Shown here: piece by piece, positions 42,853-52,803 of the stretch
How positions within the stretch are numbered: the stretch's first letter is position 1
Layout: the number at the start of each line of letters is the position of its first letter
NCBI GenBank assembly: GCA_013214635.1
Contig: JABSSC010000001.1
Span: 24-64,023, forward strand
Direction: 5' to 3'
Length of the DNA stretch: 64,000 nt
Origin: Paracoccaceae bacterium
Lineage (GTDB): Bacteria > Pseudomonadota > Alphaproteobacteria > Rhodobacterales > Rhodobacteraceae
The notes under the pieces: generated by a model
Told to the model about the DNA's origin: nothing
The model's database searches: none
The model's input: only the letters and a program-made list of their open reading frames with translations
Made by a program: the position numbers and the translations under genes

Positions 42853-44520
42853 ATGAAAGATATCATTGAAACACCAGCGGTACACCACGCCGCGAAAATG
42901 TACGCCCAGGAATACAAGGAAGGTAAGCTGAACCGTCGTGAGTTCATGGCGCGCAGCACCGCACTGGGCCTGACCGCAACCGCAGCTTACGGCCTGATCG
43001 GTGCAACGGCCCCGGTCGAAGCCGCCGGCCACGCCCAGCAAGGCGGCACCATCCGCTATCAGATGGAAGTGCGCGCACTGAAAGATCCGCGCACCTTTGA
43101 CTGGACGCAGATCGCGACCTTCACTGCCGGTTGGCTTGAATACCTCGTTGAGTACAACAACGACGGGTCGTTCAAACCGTTCCTTCTGGAAAGCTGGTCG
43201 GCCAATGACGACGCGACCGAGTACACGCTGAACGTCCGCAAAGGCGTGAAGTGGAACAACGGTGACGACTTCACCGCCGAAGACGTGGCCCGCAACATCA
43301 CCGCTTGGTGTGACGGCACGGTCGAAGGCAACTCGATGGCCGCACGTATGGCCTCGCTTCAGGACCCCGACACGCAACTTGCCCGCGACGGCGCAATCAC
43401 TGTTGTGGACAGCCACACGGTGAAGCTCGTTGCAAACGCACCTGACATCACGCTGATCCCAGGTATGGCCGACTATCCGGCGGCTATCGTGCATTCCAGC
43501 CACGACCCGGCCAATATGCTGGCCAACCCGGTCGGCACGGGCTTCATGCTTCCTGAAAGCCACGAAGTGGGCGTCAAAGGCGTGCTCGTCCGCAACGAAG
43601 GCCATGACTGGTGGGGCTACGAGGCTGGCATGGGTGGCTATATCGACCGGATCGAGTTCATCGACTACGGCACAGACCCGGCCGCGTTCTTTGCAGCTTA
43701 TGAAGCTGAAGAGATCGACATGAACTGGGAATCGGTTGGCGAATTTGTCGACATCTTCGATTCCATCGGTCTGACACGTTCGCAAATCCCTTCGGGCTTT
43801 ACCATCGTGATCCGTCCGAACCAGTTGGCCACCGATGACTCTGGTAACGCCATCTACGGCGACAAGCGCGTGCGTCAGGCACTCGCCATGGCCGTTGACA
43901 ACGCGGTCTGCCTTGAGCTTGGCATGGCTGGTTACGGTATCGAGGCTGACAACAGCCATGTTGGCCCAATGCACCCCGAATATGCCGATGTTCCGCGCAT
44001 CCCCTACGATCCTGCTGGCGCCAAGGCGCTGATGGAAGAGGCGGGTATGGGCGACTTCGTGCACGAAGTGCAGTCGATCGACGATGACTGGCGCCGCAAC
44101 ACGACCGCCGCGGTCGTGGCCCAGCTCAACGACGCAGGTATTCCAGCGACGCACACGGTTCTGCCGGGCTCGACCTTCTGGAACGACTGGACCAAATACG
44201 CGTTCTCGTCGACCAACTGGAACCACCGTCCGCTGGGCACCCAGATCCTCGGTCTGGCCTACAAGTCGGGCGTGGCATGGAACGAAGCGGGCTTTGCCAA
44301 TGACGAGTTCGACGCACTGCTCGCAGAGGCGAACTCAATCGCGGATGCAGACGCACGCCGCGAAGTGATGGCGAAGCTTCAGACCATCATGATCGAAGAA
44401 GGCGTAACGATCCAGCCATACTGGCGGACAGCAATTCGTCACCACCGCGACAATCTGGTGGGTGTCGACAAGCACATCGCGGACCTTCCGCAGATCTATA
44501 AGTTCGGCATCAAAGCCTAA
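42853..44520 (+). CDS. ABC transporter substrate-binding protein, family 5 (peptide/nickel/opine type), Tat signal
   Basis: [25 protein letters not shown] twin-arginine signal. About 555 aa of SBP_bac_5-like sequence. Confidence 0.88.
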   Translation: MKDIIETPAVHHAAKMYAQEYKEGKLNRREFMARSTALGLTATAAYGLIGATAPVEAAGHAQQGGTIRYQMEVRALKDPRTFDWTQIATFTAGWLEYLVEYNNDGSFKPFLLESWSANDDATEYTLNVRKGVKWNNGDDFTAEDVARNITAWCDGTVEGNSMAARMASLQDPDTQLARDGAITVVDSHTVKLVANAPDITLIPGMADYPAAIVHSSHDPANMLANPVGTGFMLPESHEVGVKGVLVRNEGHDWWGYEAGMGGYIDRIEFIDYGTDPAAFFAAYEAEEIDMNWESVGEFVDIFDSIGLTRSQIPSGFTIVIRPNQLATDDSGNAIYGDKRVRQALAMAVDNAVCLELGMAGYGIEADNSHVGPMHPEYADVPRIPYDPAGAKALMEEAGMGDFVHEVQSIDDDWRRNTTAAVVAQLNDAGIPATHTVLPGSTFWNDWTKYAFSSTNWNHRPLGTQILGLAYKSGVAWNEAGFANDEFDALLAEANSIADADARREVMAKLQTIMIEEGVTIQPYWRTAIRHHRDNLVGVDKHIADLPQIYKFGIKA

Positions 44521-44534
44521 ACTGATCCAACGAG

Positions 44535-44563
44535 ACCGCGCCCTCCGGGGCGCGGTTTTTTTT
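44535..44563 (+). terminator. rho-independent terminator/attenuator after the binding-protein gene
   Basis: ACCGCGCCC-tccg-GGGCGCGGT followed by a T run of 8. Confidence 0.7.
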
Positions 44564-44639
44564 CGTCTCTGACGAAAGCCCAAAGCAACAGAGCGCAGCC
44601 CGAACTTGCGCCGAAGCCAACTCCACAACAGGGGAAAAA

Positions 44640-45686
44640 ATGGGACTTTTCATATTACGACGGTTCGGGGTGATGCTCCTGACGGCGCTGTGCCTGACCT
44701 TCGTCGTGTTCTTTCTCACCAACCTGTATCCCAACCTCGAAAAGCTGGCCAAAACCCAAGGCAACTTCCGTATGACGGATGCCGAGGTCACGAGCTATCT
44801 TGAGAAAAACGGGTACTTGCAGCCGATGGTTGTGAAGTATGGGGAATGGCTGGGCGTTGTGCCCTCGTTCCGACACACAAATGAAGACGGCTCGGTTCAG
44901 GGTCGCTGTATTTCGCCCGGTGTGAGCCCCGAAGATGCCCCTAGGTTCTGTGGCGTTTTGCAGGGCGACTGGGGCTTTTCGACAGTCTTTAAGGATGATG
45001 TCGGCGCAATTGTCTCAACCCGCTTGTCACTGACGGGCAAGCTGATGTTCTGGGTCCTGATGCTCATGGTCCCGGCGGCGCTGATTGTCGGTGTTCTGGC
45101 GGGCATGAAAGAGGGGTCCAAGCTGGACCGGACGCTGTCGACCTTTTCGATCATCTCAACCGCGACACCCGAATACGTCTCGGGCGTGATCCTGATCACG
45201 GTCTTCGCCTCATCCGTGACGGGGCTCAAATGGTTCAAGGGCACGGCGACGTCCGCGGCCGAAAACGCGACGTTTGAAAACTTCTTCCTGCCTGTGCTGA
45301 CCATCGCGCTGTATGGGATGGGCTATATCGCGCGGATGACGCGGGCCTCGATGACCGAGGTGATGACCGCGCAATACATCCGCACCGCGCGCCTGAAAGG
45401 TGTGGCGTTCTCCAACATCGTGATGAAGCACGCGCTGCGCAACGCGCTGATCGCGCCCTTTACCGTCATCATGCTTCAGTTCCCATGGCTGCTGAACGGC
45501 GTGGTGATTGTTGAGACGCTCTTTAACTACAAGGGCTTCGGCTGGACGCTGGTTCAGGCGGCGGGCAACAACGATATCGAACTGCTTCTGGCCTGTTCGG
45601 TGGTCGCGGTCTTCGTGGTACTGGTGACGCAGCTCATATCCGACATCGGATATGTCTTCCTCAACCCACGCATTCGTATCTCGTAG
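44640..45686 (+). CDS. ABC transporter permease (DppB/OppB-like)
   Basis: Six-TM BPD_transp_1-type protein with TEVMTAQYIRTARLKGV (EAA loop). Confidence 0.88.
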   Translation: MGLFILRRFGVMLLTALCLTFVVFFLTNLYPNLEKLAKTQGNFRMTDAEVTSYLEKNGYLQPMVVKYGEWLGVVPSFRHTNEDGSVQGRCISPGVSPEDAPRFCGVLQGDWGFSTVFKDDVGAIVSTRLSLTGKLMFWVLMLMVPAALIVGVLAGMKEGSKLDRTLSTFSIISTATPEYVSGVILITVFASSVTGLKWFKGTATSAAENATFENFFLPVLTIALYGMGYIARMTRASMTEVMTAQYIRTARLKGVAFSNIVMKHALRNALIAPFTVIMLQFPWLLNGVVIVETLFNYKGFGWTLVQAAGNNDIELLLACSVVAVFVVLVTQLISDIGYVFLNPRIRIS

Positions 45687-45696
45687 GGTGGTCAGG

Positions 45697-46005
45697 ATGA
45701 TATTTATTGCAGTCTTGGCACTTCTCGCCTTCGCATACGGATGGTCCCGAGGTTTCGGCTTCGATGTTCCGAACGACGCGGTTTTCGAAAAACTCGCGGA
45801 ACAAGCGTTTGACGAAGATTTACGCCGTGCAAATGGGGAAACTCCCGCTCTTCGCTGCGGTTTTGACAAAACCACAAGCCGAGGCGGTGGTATTTGGGCG
45901 GTCGTCGCTTGCACCGATGGAAACCAAACCGGCCACTACACCTATAACTCTTCCGGTGAGCAGGTTTCGTCGCATTTTCCTAATGCAAAACAGGGGGACC
46001 AGTAA
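45697..46005 (+). CDS. small hypothetical membrane-anchored protein inside the ABC operon
   Basis: MIFIAVLALLAFAYGW anchor followed by an ~85-aa soluble part with 2 Cys. The stop overlaps the next ATG (TAATG). An alternative GTG start lies at 45688. Confidence 0.5.
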   Translation: MIFIAVLALLAFAYGWSRGFGFDVPNDAVFEKLAEQAFDEDLRRANGETPALRCGFDKTTSRGGGIWAVVACTDGNQTGHYTYNSSGEQVSSHFPNAKQGDQ

Positions 46006-47438
46006 TGGAACAACTGACTTGGACCGGCACTCTAGGCCCTGTCCTGAACCCCCTCATCATGGCCGCGGCGGCAGTGTTTGCCCTTGGTGTGGTCGCGCAG
46101 TTTCTGCTGAGCCTTGTGCCCTCGGGCAATGTCCGCGTGGGCTCCATGCTCGCACAGAATAAAGGCCCCGCAGATTACGCAGGGATGGCGGTGAAGTACT
46201 CCTTCGGTGTCATCCTGCTGGCGATCATTGCCTTCATGGTTGGCGGCATCCTGTTGCCGGGGCCAGAGGCGAAAGGCATCATCGGCGCGATGTCGGCGCG
46301 GCTCCTGCCCGTCTGGGTGGGGATGATCGTCATCTTTGCGGCGTCCATCATGTACAAGCGCAAGCTTGGACTTTACGGCAAGCTCTTTGACAGCCCCATT
46401 GGCATGGTCGGCTTTGCGCTTGTGCTGTTCTGGGTGCTGACGGCGCTCTTCGCGGATATGATCGTGACGCACGACCCGCTAAGCCAGATCGCAGCGATGA
46501 AGAACAAGGTTCCGGGTACACCGATGCCTGCGGATACCGAAGGCTATGGTTGGTACCTTTTGGGCGGCGATAACCTTGCCCGTGACGTCTTTAGCCGGAT
46601 GATCGCAGGGTCAACCATCGTGATGCAAATCGCCCCTCTGGCGACGCTGTTCGCGTTCATGGTGGGGATCACGCTGGGTCTGCCTGCTGGCTACTACGGT
46701 GGTGCGCTCGACACGTTCCTGTCGTTCCTTGCCAACCTGATCCTCGCCTTCCCGGTGATCCTGCTGTTCTACCTGCTGGTCACGCCGGAAATCGTGGAGA
46801 CCGGTCTGCCCTCATATATGGCCGCGGTGTTGTTCTTATTCCCGATTGTGTTCCTCGTGGTGCTGTTTAACTCACGCTACTACGTGCAACCCGCCAAGCA
46901 GAGGTTGTTCGTGGGCGGGACGATCCTGATCGGTGGATACCTTTACCTGTCGATGATTTCGCAACCGGGCACACCGCTGCATTTCTTCCCCGACGGGTTG
47001 GATCTGTTCAACATTCCCGGTGGTATCCTGATCGTGTTCGTGTCGGTGGTGTTCGTGAACTCACCCACAGTCTTCAGGATCGTGCGGGGTCTCGCTCTGG
47101 ACATCCAGACACGCGACTATGTAGCGGCGGCTCAGACCCGAGGCGAAGGGCCATGGTACATCATGCTCTGGGAGATCCTGCCCAACGCACGTGGCCCGCT
47201 GATCGTCGATTTCTGTCTGCGCATCGGCTACACCACCATCCTTCTGGGAACCCTGGGCTTCTTCGGCCTTGGCCTGCCGCCCGAAAGCCCGGACTGGGGA
47301 TCGACGATCAATGACGGGCGCAAGCTCCTCTCGATCTACCCGCACCCCGCCATCGCGCCGGCGCTTGCTCTGATGAGCCTCGTGCTGGGCCTGAACCTCT
47401 TGGCGGATGGTCTGCGCGAAGAAAGTCTGAAGGACTGA
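46005..47438 (+). CDS. ABC transporter permease (DppC/OppC-like) with a ~125-aa N-terminal membrane extension
   Basis: The canonical DppC core begins near LFDSPIGMVGFALVLFWVLTALFADMI. It is preceded by extra hydrophobic helices. Confidence 0.85.
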   Translation: MEQLTWTGTLGPVLNPLIMAAAAVFALGVVAQFLLSLVPSGNVRVGSMLAQNKGPADYAGMAVKYSFGVILLAIIAFMVGGILLPGPEAKGIIGAMSARLLPVWVGMIVIFAASIMYKRKLGLYGKLFDSPIGMVGFALVLFWVLTALFADMIVTHDPLSQIAAMKNKVPGTPMPADTEGYGWYLLGGDNLARDVFSRMIAGSTIVMQIAPLATLFAFMVGITLGLPAGYYGGALDTFLSFLANLILAFPVILLFYLLVTPEIVETGLPSYMAAVLFLFPIVFLVVLFNSRYYVQPAKQRLFVGGTILIGGYLYLSMISQPGTPLHFFPDGLDLFNIPGGILIVFVSVVFVNSPTVFRIVRGLALDIQTRDYVAAAQTRGEGPWYIMLWEILPNARGPLIVDFCLRIGYTTILLGTLGFFGLGLPPESPDWGSTINDGRKLLSIYPHPAIAPALALMSLVLGLNLLADGLREESLKD

Positions 47439-47447
47439 TGACATGGC

Positions 47448-47468
47448 TTGGGGGGCGCTGCCCCCCAA
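47448..47468 (+). promoter_or_regulatory. strong intra-operon stem-loop between the permease and ATPase genes
   Basis: TTGGGGGGC-gct-GCCCCCCAA, a 9-bp stem, starts 10 nt after the permease stop. No adjacent T-run. Confidence 0.4.
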
Positions 47469-47534
47469 CGACCACCCGACGTTTTTCGTGACCAATGAAA
47501 TTAAGCCGGTGAACCGGCAGGGAGACTGACAGAC

Positions 47535-49619
47535 ATGGCCGCAGATACTTACGACGGACCCATTCTGGAAATTGAAAACCTTTCCATCAGCTTCTTCACA
47601 CGGCTGCGCGAAATTCCGGCTGTGATGGATTTCTCCTGCACCGTGATGCCGGGCGAGGCGATGGGCCTTGTGGGCGAAAGCGGCTGCGGAAAATCGACCG
47701 TCGCGCTGGGGGTCATGCAGGACCTTGGCGTGAATGGCCGGATCGTGAGCGGGTCGATCAAGTTCAAGGGCCGTGACCTGAACGAGATGACGCTGGATGA
47801 GCTGCGCGATATTCGCGGGCGCGAGATCGCCATGATCTATCAGGAGCCGATGGCGTCGCTGAACCCCGCGATGAAGATCGGCAAGCAGCTTGCTGAAGTG
47901 CCGATGATCCATGAGGGCGTCTCCAAAGAAGAGGCGATGGCCCGCGCGCTGGAAGTGGTCACGGACGTGAAACTGCCTGACCCCAAGCGCATGCTGGACA
48001 GTTTCCCACATCAGCTTTCCGGCGGTCAGCAGCAGCGCATCGTGATCGCGATGGCATTGATGTCAAAACCGTCGCTTTTGATCCTTGATGAGCCTACCAC
48101 CGCGCTTGACGTGACGGTGGAAGCTGCCGTGGTCGATCTGGTGAAAGAGTTGGGTGAGAAATACGGCACCTCGATGCTATTTATCTCGCACAACCTCGGG
48201 CTGGTTCTGGAAACCTGTGACCGGCTATGCGTGATGTATTCCGGTGAGGCGGTCGAGACGGGCTCGATCAAGGATGTCTTCGACAAGATGCAGCATCCTT
48301 ATACCCAGGCGCTGTTCCGTTCGATCCCGCTGCCGGGAGCCGACAAGAACTCACGCCCGCTCAAGGCTATTCCGGGGAACTTCCCCCTGCCCCATGAGCG
48401 TCCGCCGGGATGTAACTTTGGCCCGCGCTGCGACTATTTTGAGGAAGGTCGCTGCAATAAGGGTGAGATCCCCATGGTCGAGGTTCCGCATGGCGACCGA
48501 CATGGGACGCGCTGTCTGAAATGGGAAGAGATCGACTGGGACGCGCCGTTGGTCGTTGACCAGACCCACGAGAAGAAAGAGCCCGGCGACGTGGTGCTCA
48601 AGATGGAGGACCTCAAGAAATACTATGAGGTTAATGCCAACGCTCTCTTTGGTGGCGGCGATGCCAAGGTCGTGAAAGCCAACGAGACGCTGTCGTTTGA
48701 AGCGCGCGAGAGTGAGACGCTCGCCATCGTCGGCGAATCCGGCTGCGGCAAGTCGACCTTTGCGAAGGTTTTGATGGGGCTGGAGACGGCCACCGAGGGC
48801 AAGATCCTGCTTTACAATCAGGATATTCAGGACACGCCTATTCAGAAGCGTCAGACCGACACCGTGTCGTCGGTGCAGATGGTGTTCCAGAACCCCTTTG
48901 ACACGTTGAACCCGTCCATGACCGTGGGTCGGCAGATCATCCGGGCGCTGGAAATCTTTGGCGAAGGGGCCAATGACGCCGAGCGTGAGCAAAAGATGCT
49001 CAGCCTGCTCGACCTTGTGAAGCTGCCCCGCGCCTTTGCCGAGCGTATGCCGCGACAGTTGTCAGGCGGCCAGAAGCAGCGTGTTGGCATCGCCCGCGCC
49101 TTTGCTGGTGGTGCCAAGATCGTGGTCGCGGACGAACCCGTTTCGGCGCTTGACGTGTCGGTTCAGGCGGCGGTGACGGATCTGCTGATGGAGATTCAGC
49201 GCGAGAACAAGACAACGCTTCTCTTCATCAGCCACGACCTGTCGATCGTGCGTTACCTCAGCGACCGGGTGATGGTGATGTATCTGGGCCATGTGGTGGA
49301 ACTGGGCACGACCGATCAGGTCTTTGCCCCACCCTATCACCCCTATACCGAGGCGCTGCTGTCGGCGGTGCCAATCGCAGATACCAGCGTCGAGAAACAG
49401 CACATCGTGCTGGAAGGTGACATCCCGTCGGCCATGAACCCGCCGCCGGGCTGTCCGTTCCAGACGCGCTGTCGTTGGAAGTCGGACGTTCCGGGCGGGC
49501 TTTGCGAGAAAGAGGTGCCCCCCGTTAAGAAGCTGTCGAACGGGCATCAAATCAAATGCCATCTGGCCGATGATATTCTTGAACGAATGGAACCGGTCAT
49601 TAAGATCGCGGCGGAGTAA
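47535..49619 (+). CDS. fused double ABC ATP-binding protein (DppD-DppF / GsiA-like)
   Basis: Two complete cassettes: GESGCGKST twice, LSGGQQQRIVIA and LSGGQKQRVGIA. Oligopeptide C-terminal domains with Cys motifs. Confidence 0.92.
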   Translation: MAADTYDGPILEIENLSISFFTRLREIPAVMDFSCTVMPGEAMGLVGESGCGKSTVALGVMQDLGVNGRIVSGSIKFKGRDLNEMTLDELRDIRGREIAMIYQEPMASLNPAMKIGKQLAEVPMIHEGVSKEEAMARALEVVTDVKLPDPKRMLDSFPHQLSGGQQQRIVIAMALMSKPSLLILDEPTTALDVTVEAAVVDLVKELGEKYGTSMLFISHNLGLVLETCDRLCVMYSGEAVETGSIKDVFDKMQHPYTQALFRSIPLPGADKNSRPLKAIPGNFPLPHERPPGCNFGPRCDYFEEGRCNKGEIPMVEVPHGDRHGTRCLKWEEIDWDAPLVVDQTHEKKEPGDVVLKMEDLKKYYEVNANALFGGGDAKVVKANETLSFEARESETLAIVGESGCGKSTFAKVLMGLETATEGKILLYNQDIQDTPIQKRQTDTVSSVQMVFQNPFDTLNPSMTVGRQIIRALEIFGEGANDAEREQKMLSLLDLVKLPRAFAERMPRQLSGGQKQRVGIARAFAGGAKIVVADEPVSALDVSVQAAVTDLLMEIQRENKTTLLFISHDLSIVRYLSDRVMVMYLGHVVELGTTDQVFAPPYHPYTEALLSAVPIADTSVEKQHIVLEGDIPSAMNPPPGCPFQTRCRWKSDVPGGLCEKEVPPVKKLSNGHQIKCHLADDILERMEPVIKIAAE

Positions 49620-49648
49620 CGGCGGACCGCCGCAGGGCGGATCTTGGA

Positions 49649-50723
49649 GTGGCGCAAGGCAAGCTCATACAGTTTCGAAGTGCCCTCAGGTTTGAGGGCG
49701 CGTCGCGGCGCGACTATTGGCGGCGGTTCTCAGCGCTGCTGGCACTTTCGGTAATCATTGCAACGATGGGGCTGACCCGGGATTCTGGCGCGGTCGTGAT
49801 TGCCGCCATGCTGATCGCCCCGCTCATGACCCCGATCCTTGGGATTGCCGCGGCAATGATGCTGGGGTGGACGCAGCGGGCTCTGCGCCTGTTCTTTATA
49901 GTTTTCATCGCGGCGCTGGCCTCTATCGCGCTGGCAATGCTAGTGATGTTCGTGGCCGATATTCCTTTAGGGTTCACGCTTCCACGCGAAGTGACAGCGC
50001 GCACCGATCCGGGGATTGAGGAATTAATCGTTGCCCTCGCCGCAGGCGCTGCGGGCGCCTATGTTCAACTTAATCGCAAGGAAATCAGCTTGCTTCCCGG
50101 TGCGGCGATCGGGGTCGCACTGGTGCCGCCGTTGTCTGCGGCGGGCATCCTTTTGTACTTCGGAGAGTACCGCGGCGGGTACGAAGCGTACGCTGCTGTT
50201 CTTCACGAACCTCGCCGCCATCGTGCTTGCAGCTTGCGGCGTTTATGCCTTCGCCGGCACCGGTATCGCGCTTATACGCAACCCCGCACGGCTCAAACGG
50301 TTTTCGGCCAGCCTTGCGGTCACCTTGGCGGTGCTCCTTGGGATCGTGATCCAGTTTTTTTCAGAAACGTTGGACCGGTTCACCGAGACCCGGCTTGAGG
50401 GCGAGATCGCTCAGATCATCCGCGAATGGTCGGAGGGATATTCGACCGAAGTGATCCGGCTCGACGTCAATCATGATCTACGCCTGGTCGAGCTTTGGAT
50501 CATCATTGACGTCCCCCAAAACGTCGCTGCACTGGGAGATGATGGCACCGCGATCACCGAAGAGCTTAGAAATCGCGGGCTGAGCCGGAGGGTCCGAGAC
50601 GTCCTCAGCAAGGATTACGATGTCTCATTTCGGTATCAGACACGTTTTGCAGTGCGACTGGATCTTGGAAGTGGTCAGGCAATAGACGCGCAACCTTTGC
50701 CCGATGACATTAACGACCAGTGA
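49649..50723 (+). pseudogene. DUF389 family membrane protein gene interrupted by a frameshift (or an assembly indel)
   Basis: Frame A carries VVIAAMLIAPLMTPILGIA...VALVPPLSAAGILLYFGEY. Family-like sequence resumes in another frame at AAGTKRTLLFFTNLAAIVLA. The junction is at about 50165-50185, and each frame turns Arg-rich and implausible beyond it. Confidence 0.6.
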
Positions 50724-50728
50724 TCCGC

Positions 50729-51322
50729 TCAGACATCGCCCCAGATGCGTTTGACGTAATTCTGCGTCTCGCGATACGGCGGAATTCCGCCGTGGTCGAT
50801 CACGGCCTGCGGTCCCGCGTTATAGGCGGCAAGCGCCAGTGGCCATGATCCGAAGCGTTCGAACTGACGGCGCAAGTAACGCGCGCCGCCTGACAGGTTC
50901 TCTTTTGGATCGCGTGGATTGACGCCCAGCCCTTGTGCGGTCGTCGGCATCAGCTGCGCCAGACCAATGGCCCCCTTTGAGGACACGGCATTTGGGTTCC
51001 AGTTGGATTCCTGTTGAACCAGCTTGAGGAACAACTCTTCCGGAACGTTGTAAGACCGGGCCGCCTGACGCGCGAGCGCGAGGTATTCGCCCTTGTATTT
51101 GCCGTTATAGCGGAGCTTTGAGGGATCCCCGAGGTTCTTGACCGACGGCGGCAAAAGGCGTGACGAGGCAGAATACTGCGACGACGCCCGCCCGTCCAAA
51201 ATCTTCGCCTGGTTGCGGAAGACATCCATGCGCGAGCGTGACGACGTGACCGTATCGGCCACCGCCATCTGATCCGCCGCCAGCAGCATCAGCGCCGCAG
51301 CAATGCCCGTAACTATCCGCAT
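50729..51322 (-). CDS. lytic transglycosylase (SLT domain) protein
   Basis: [29 protein letters not shown] catalytic Glu motif, AYNAGP, signal peptide. Confidence 0.88.
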   Translation of the reverse strand: MRIVTGIAAALMLLAADQMAVADTVTSSRSRMDVFRNQAKILDGRASSQYSASSRLLPPSVKNLGDPSKLRYNGKYKGEYLALARQAARSYNVPEELFLKLVQQESNWNPNAVSSKGAIGLAQLMPTTAQGLGVNPRDPKENLSGGARYLRRQFERFGSWPLALAAYNAGPQAVIDHGGIPPYRETQNYVKRIWGDV

Positions 51323-51436
51323 AGACCCCTGCCCAAAAACCTCGTTGCGGAGAATTTATGTCAAAAACCCCGTCGCTTCCAGTCTTGCGGGCCTACACAC
51401 TCTGTTAACCCTAAACGCCGAGGTATAGATTGGTCT

Positions 51437-51451
51437 GAACAATATCAGAAT
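51437..51451. promoter_or_regulatory. possible alphaproteobacterial LexA (SOS) box, one mismatch
   Basis: GAACaatatcaGAAT compared with the GAAC-N7-GAAC (GTTC-N7-GTTC) direct repeat. It lies 15 nt upstream of the ssb ATG. Confidence 0.25.
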
Positions 51452-51465
51452 CGGCGGGAGCGGTC

Positions 51466-51957
51466 ATGGCTGGATCAGTGAACAAAGTCATCCTTATCGG
51501 CAATCTGGGGCGCGACCCTGAGGTGCGCACGTTCCAGAATGGTGGGAAGGTCTGCAACCTGCGGATCGCCACGTCGGAGAACTGGAAAGACCGCAACACC
51601 GGGGAACGCCGCGAGCGGACCGAGTGGCATTCGGTGGCGATCTTCAATGAAAACCTTGCGCGATTGGCTGAGCAATATCTGCGCAAAGGCTCCAAGGTTT
51701 ACATCGAAGGCAAACTGGAAACCCGGAAATGGCAGGACCAGTCGGGTCAGGACCGCTATTCGACCGAGGTCGTTCTGCGTCCTTACGCGGGCGAGTTGAC
51801 CTTCCTTGACGGACGCGACGGCGCAGGGGCTGGCGGTGGTGGCGGCTATATGTCCGATCAGTCGCAGGGCGGCGGATATGGCGGTGGCGATTACGGCGGC
51901 GGCCAAAGCAGCCCGGCCCCGGCCAACCGCGATCTGGACGACGAAATCCCGTTCTGA
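51466..51957 (+). CDS. ssb: single-stranded DNA-binding protein
   Basis: [23 protein letters not shown] fold, Gly-rich linker, acidic tail DLDDEIPF. Confidence 0.95.
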   Translation: MAGSVNKVILIGNLGRDPEVRTFQNGGKVCNLRIATSENWKDRNTGERRERTEWHSVAIFNENLARLAEQYLRKGSKVYIEGKLETRKWQDQSGQDRYSTEVVLRPYAGELTFLDGRDGAGAGGGGGYMSDQSQGGGYGGGDYGGGQSSPAPANRDLDDEIPF

Positions 51958-51985
51958 GGTCGTGACGCTGGGCTAACGGACCGTC

Positions 51986-52483
51986 ATGCAAGAAGTACTG
52001 CCGGAACGATCACGCAAGATCGTGAAGTGGTCACTTTACGTAACGCTTGGCTCGATCCTGTTCGTGGTCGTTCTGTCGTTGCTGGACAACATCTTCACCA
52101 CCGAGCGCATAGTCATCACCGTTCGGCACAATGACGCGCCTGCACATTGTAACAGCCGTGGTCAGGGTCGATTTGGCCCAAAACGAGACCGCTCATCGGC
52201 ACCGGAACTCGGAATATTCGGGTATTGCGGGTATGTTGAGACCGACCGTGGATTGTACATGCTCCCCGAAGCGTGGGATCGGCTTCCTGTGCTTTATGAT
52301 CTTCGGTCAGAGCTTCAGGAACGCCTGCAACCGGGATGCCGGTTTGAGGTTGAAACGGTAGGCTTTGGGAAAGCCGTGATCGACGGGAGAAAACGGGTCC
52401 CCTTGGTCAAAACAATTACGCGCATCCGCGAGGATTTTGGCTGCGGCCACGCGTTTGAACGCAACGGGCCATTCCTTGAATAG
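51986..52483 (+). CDS. hypothetical membrane-anchored protein
   Basis: N-terminal TM KWSLYVTLGSILFVVVLSLL. GC3 is good in the first ~50 codons and weaker later. It competes with a convergent ORF at 52307-52651. Confidence 0.4.
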   Translation: MQEVLPERSRKIVKWSLYVTLGSILFVVVLSLLDNIFTTERIVITVRHNDAPAHCNSRGQGRFGPKRDRSSAPELGIFGYCGYVETDRGLYMLPEAWDRLPVLYDLRSELQERLQPGCRFEVETVGFGKAVIDGRKRVPLVKTITRIREDFGCGHAFERNGPFLE

Positions 52484-52803
52484 CCCTGCCGCGCATGGGT
52501 GATTGCCCCGGCAGTGCTCCAGCCACTGCGGGATGTCACATTGGCCGGGATCCGTCCCGGCCGTTGTCGTTGTAAGTTCCAGATTAGGAACTGACGGGCC
52601 CGCCAGTGGCGGAGATGGTGCCAGACCGCGATTTGCGCTCTGATCGCCCATTTCGACCCCCTGTCGCTCATGGGGTCGTCACCGGTGGTGCCGGGCGGCA
52701 CCATATCCATTCAAGGGTCGCACGGCGTCACACCCGCACGGAAGCTTCGGGCGGCAATGTCTTGAAAAGACGTTAAGATCAAGTGTGAGGGGCGTTCGGT
52801 GGT

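Noticed and set aside
41812-44226. 804-aa minus-strand ORF, the longest ORF in this part of the window
   Set aside because: It is antisense to the well-supported AraC-family and family-5 binding-protein genes. The translation is Arg/His/Val-rich with no recognisable motif. This is a typical stop-free shadow frame of high-GC DNA.
47061-48011. 316-aa minus-strand ORF spanning the permease/ATPase junction
   Set aside because: It is antisense to two well-supported ABC genes and has no motifs.
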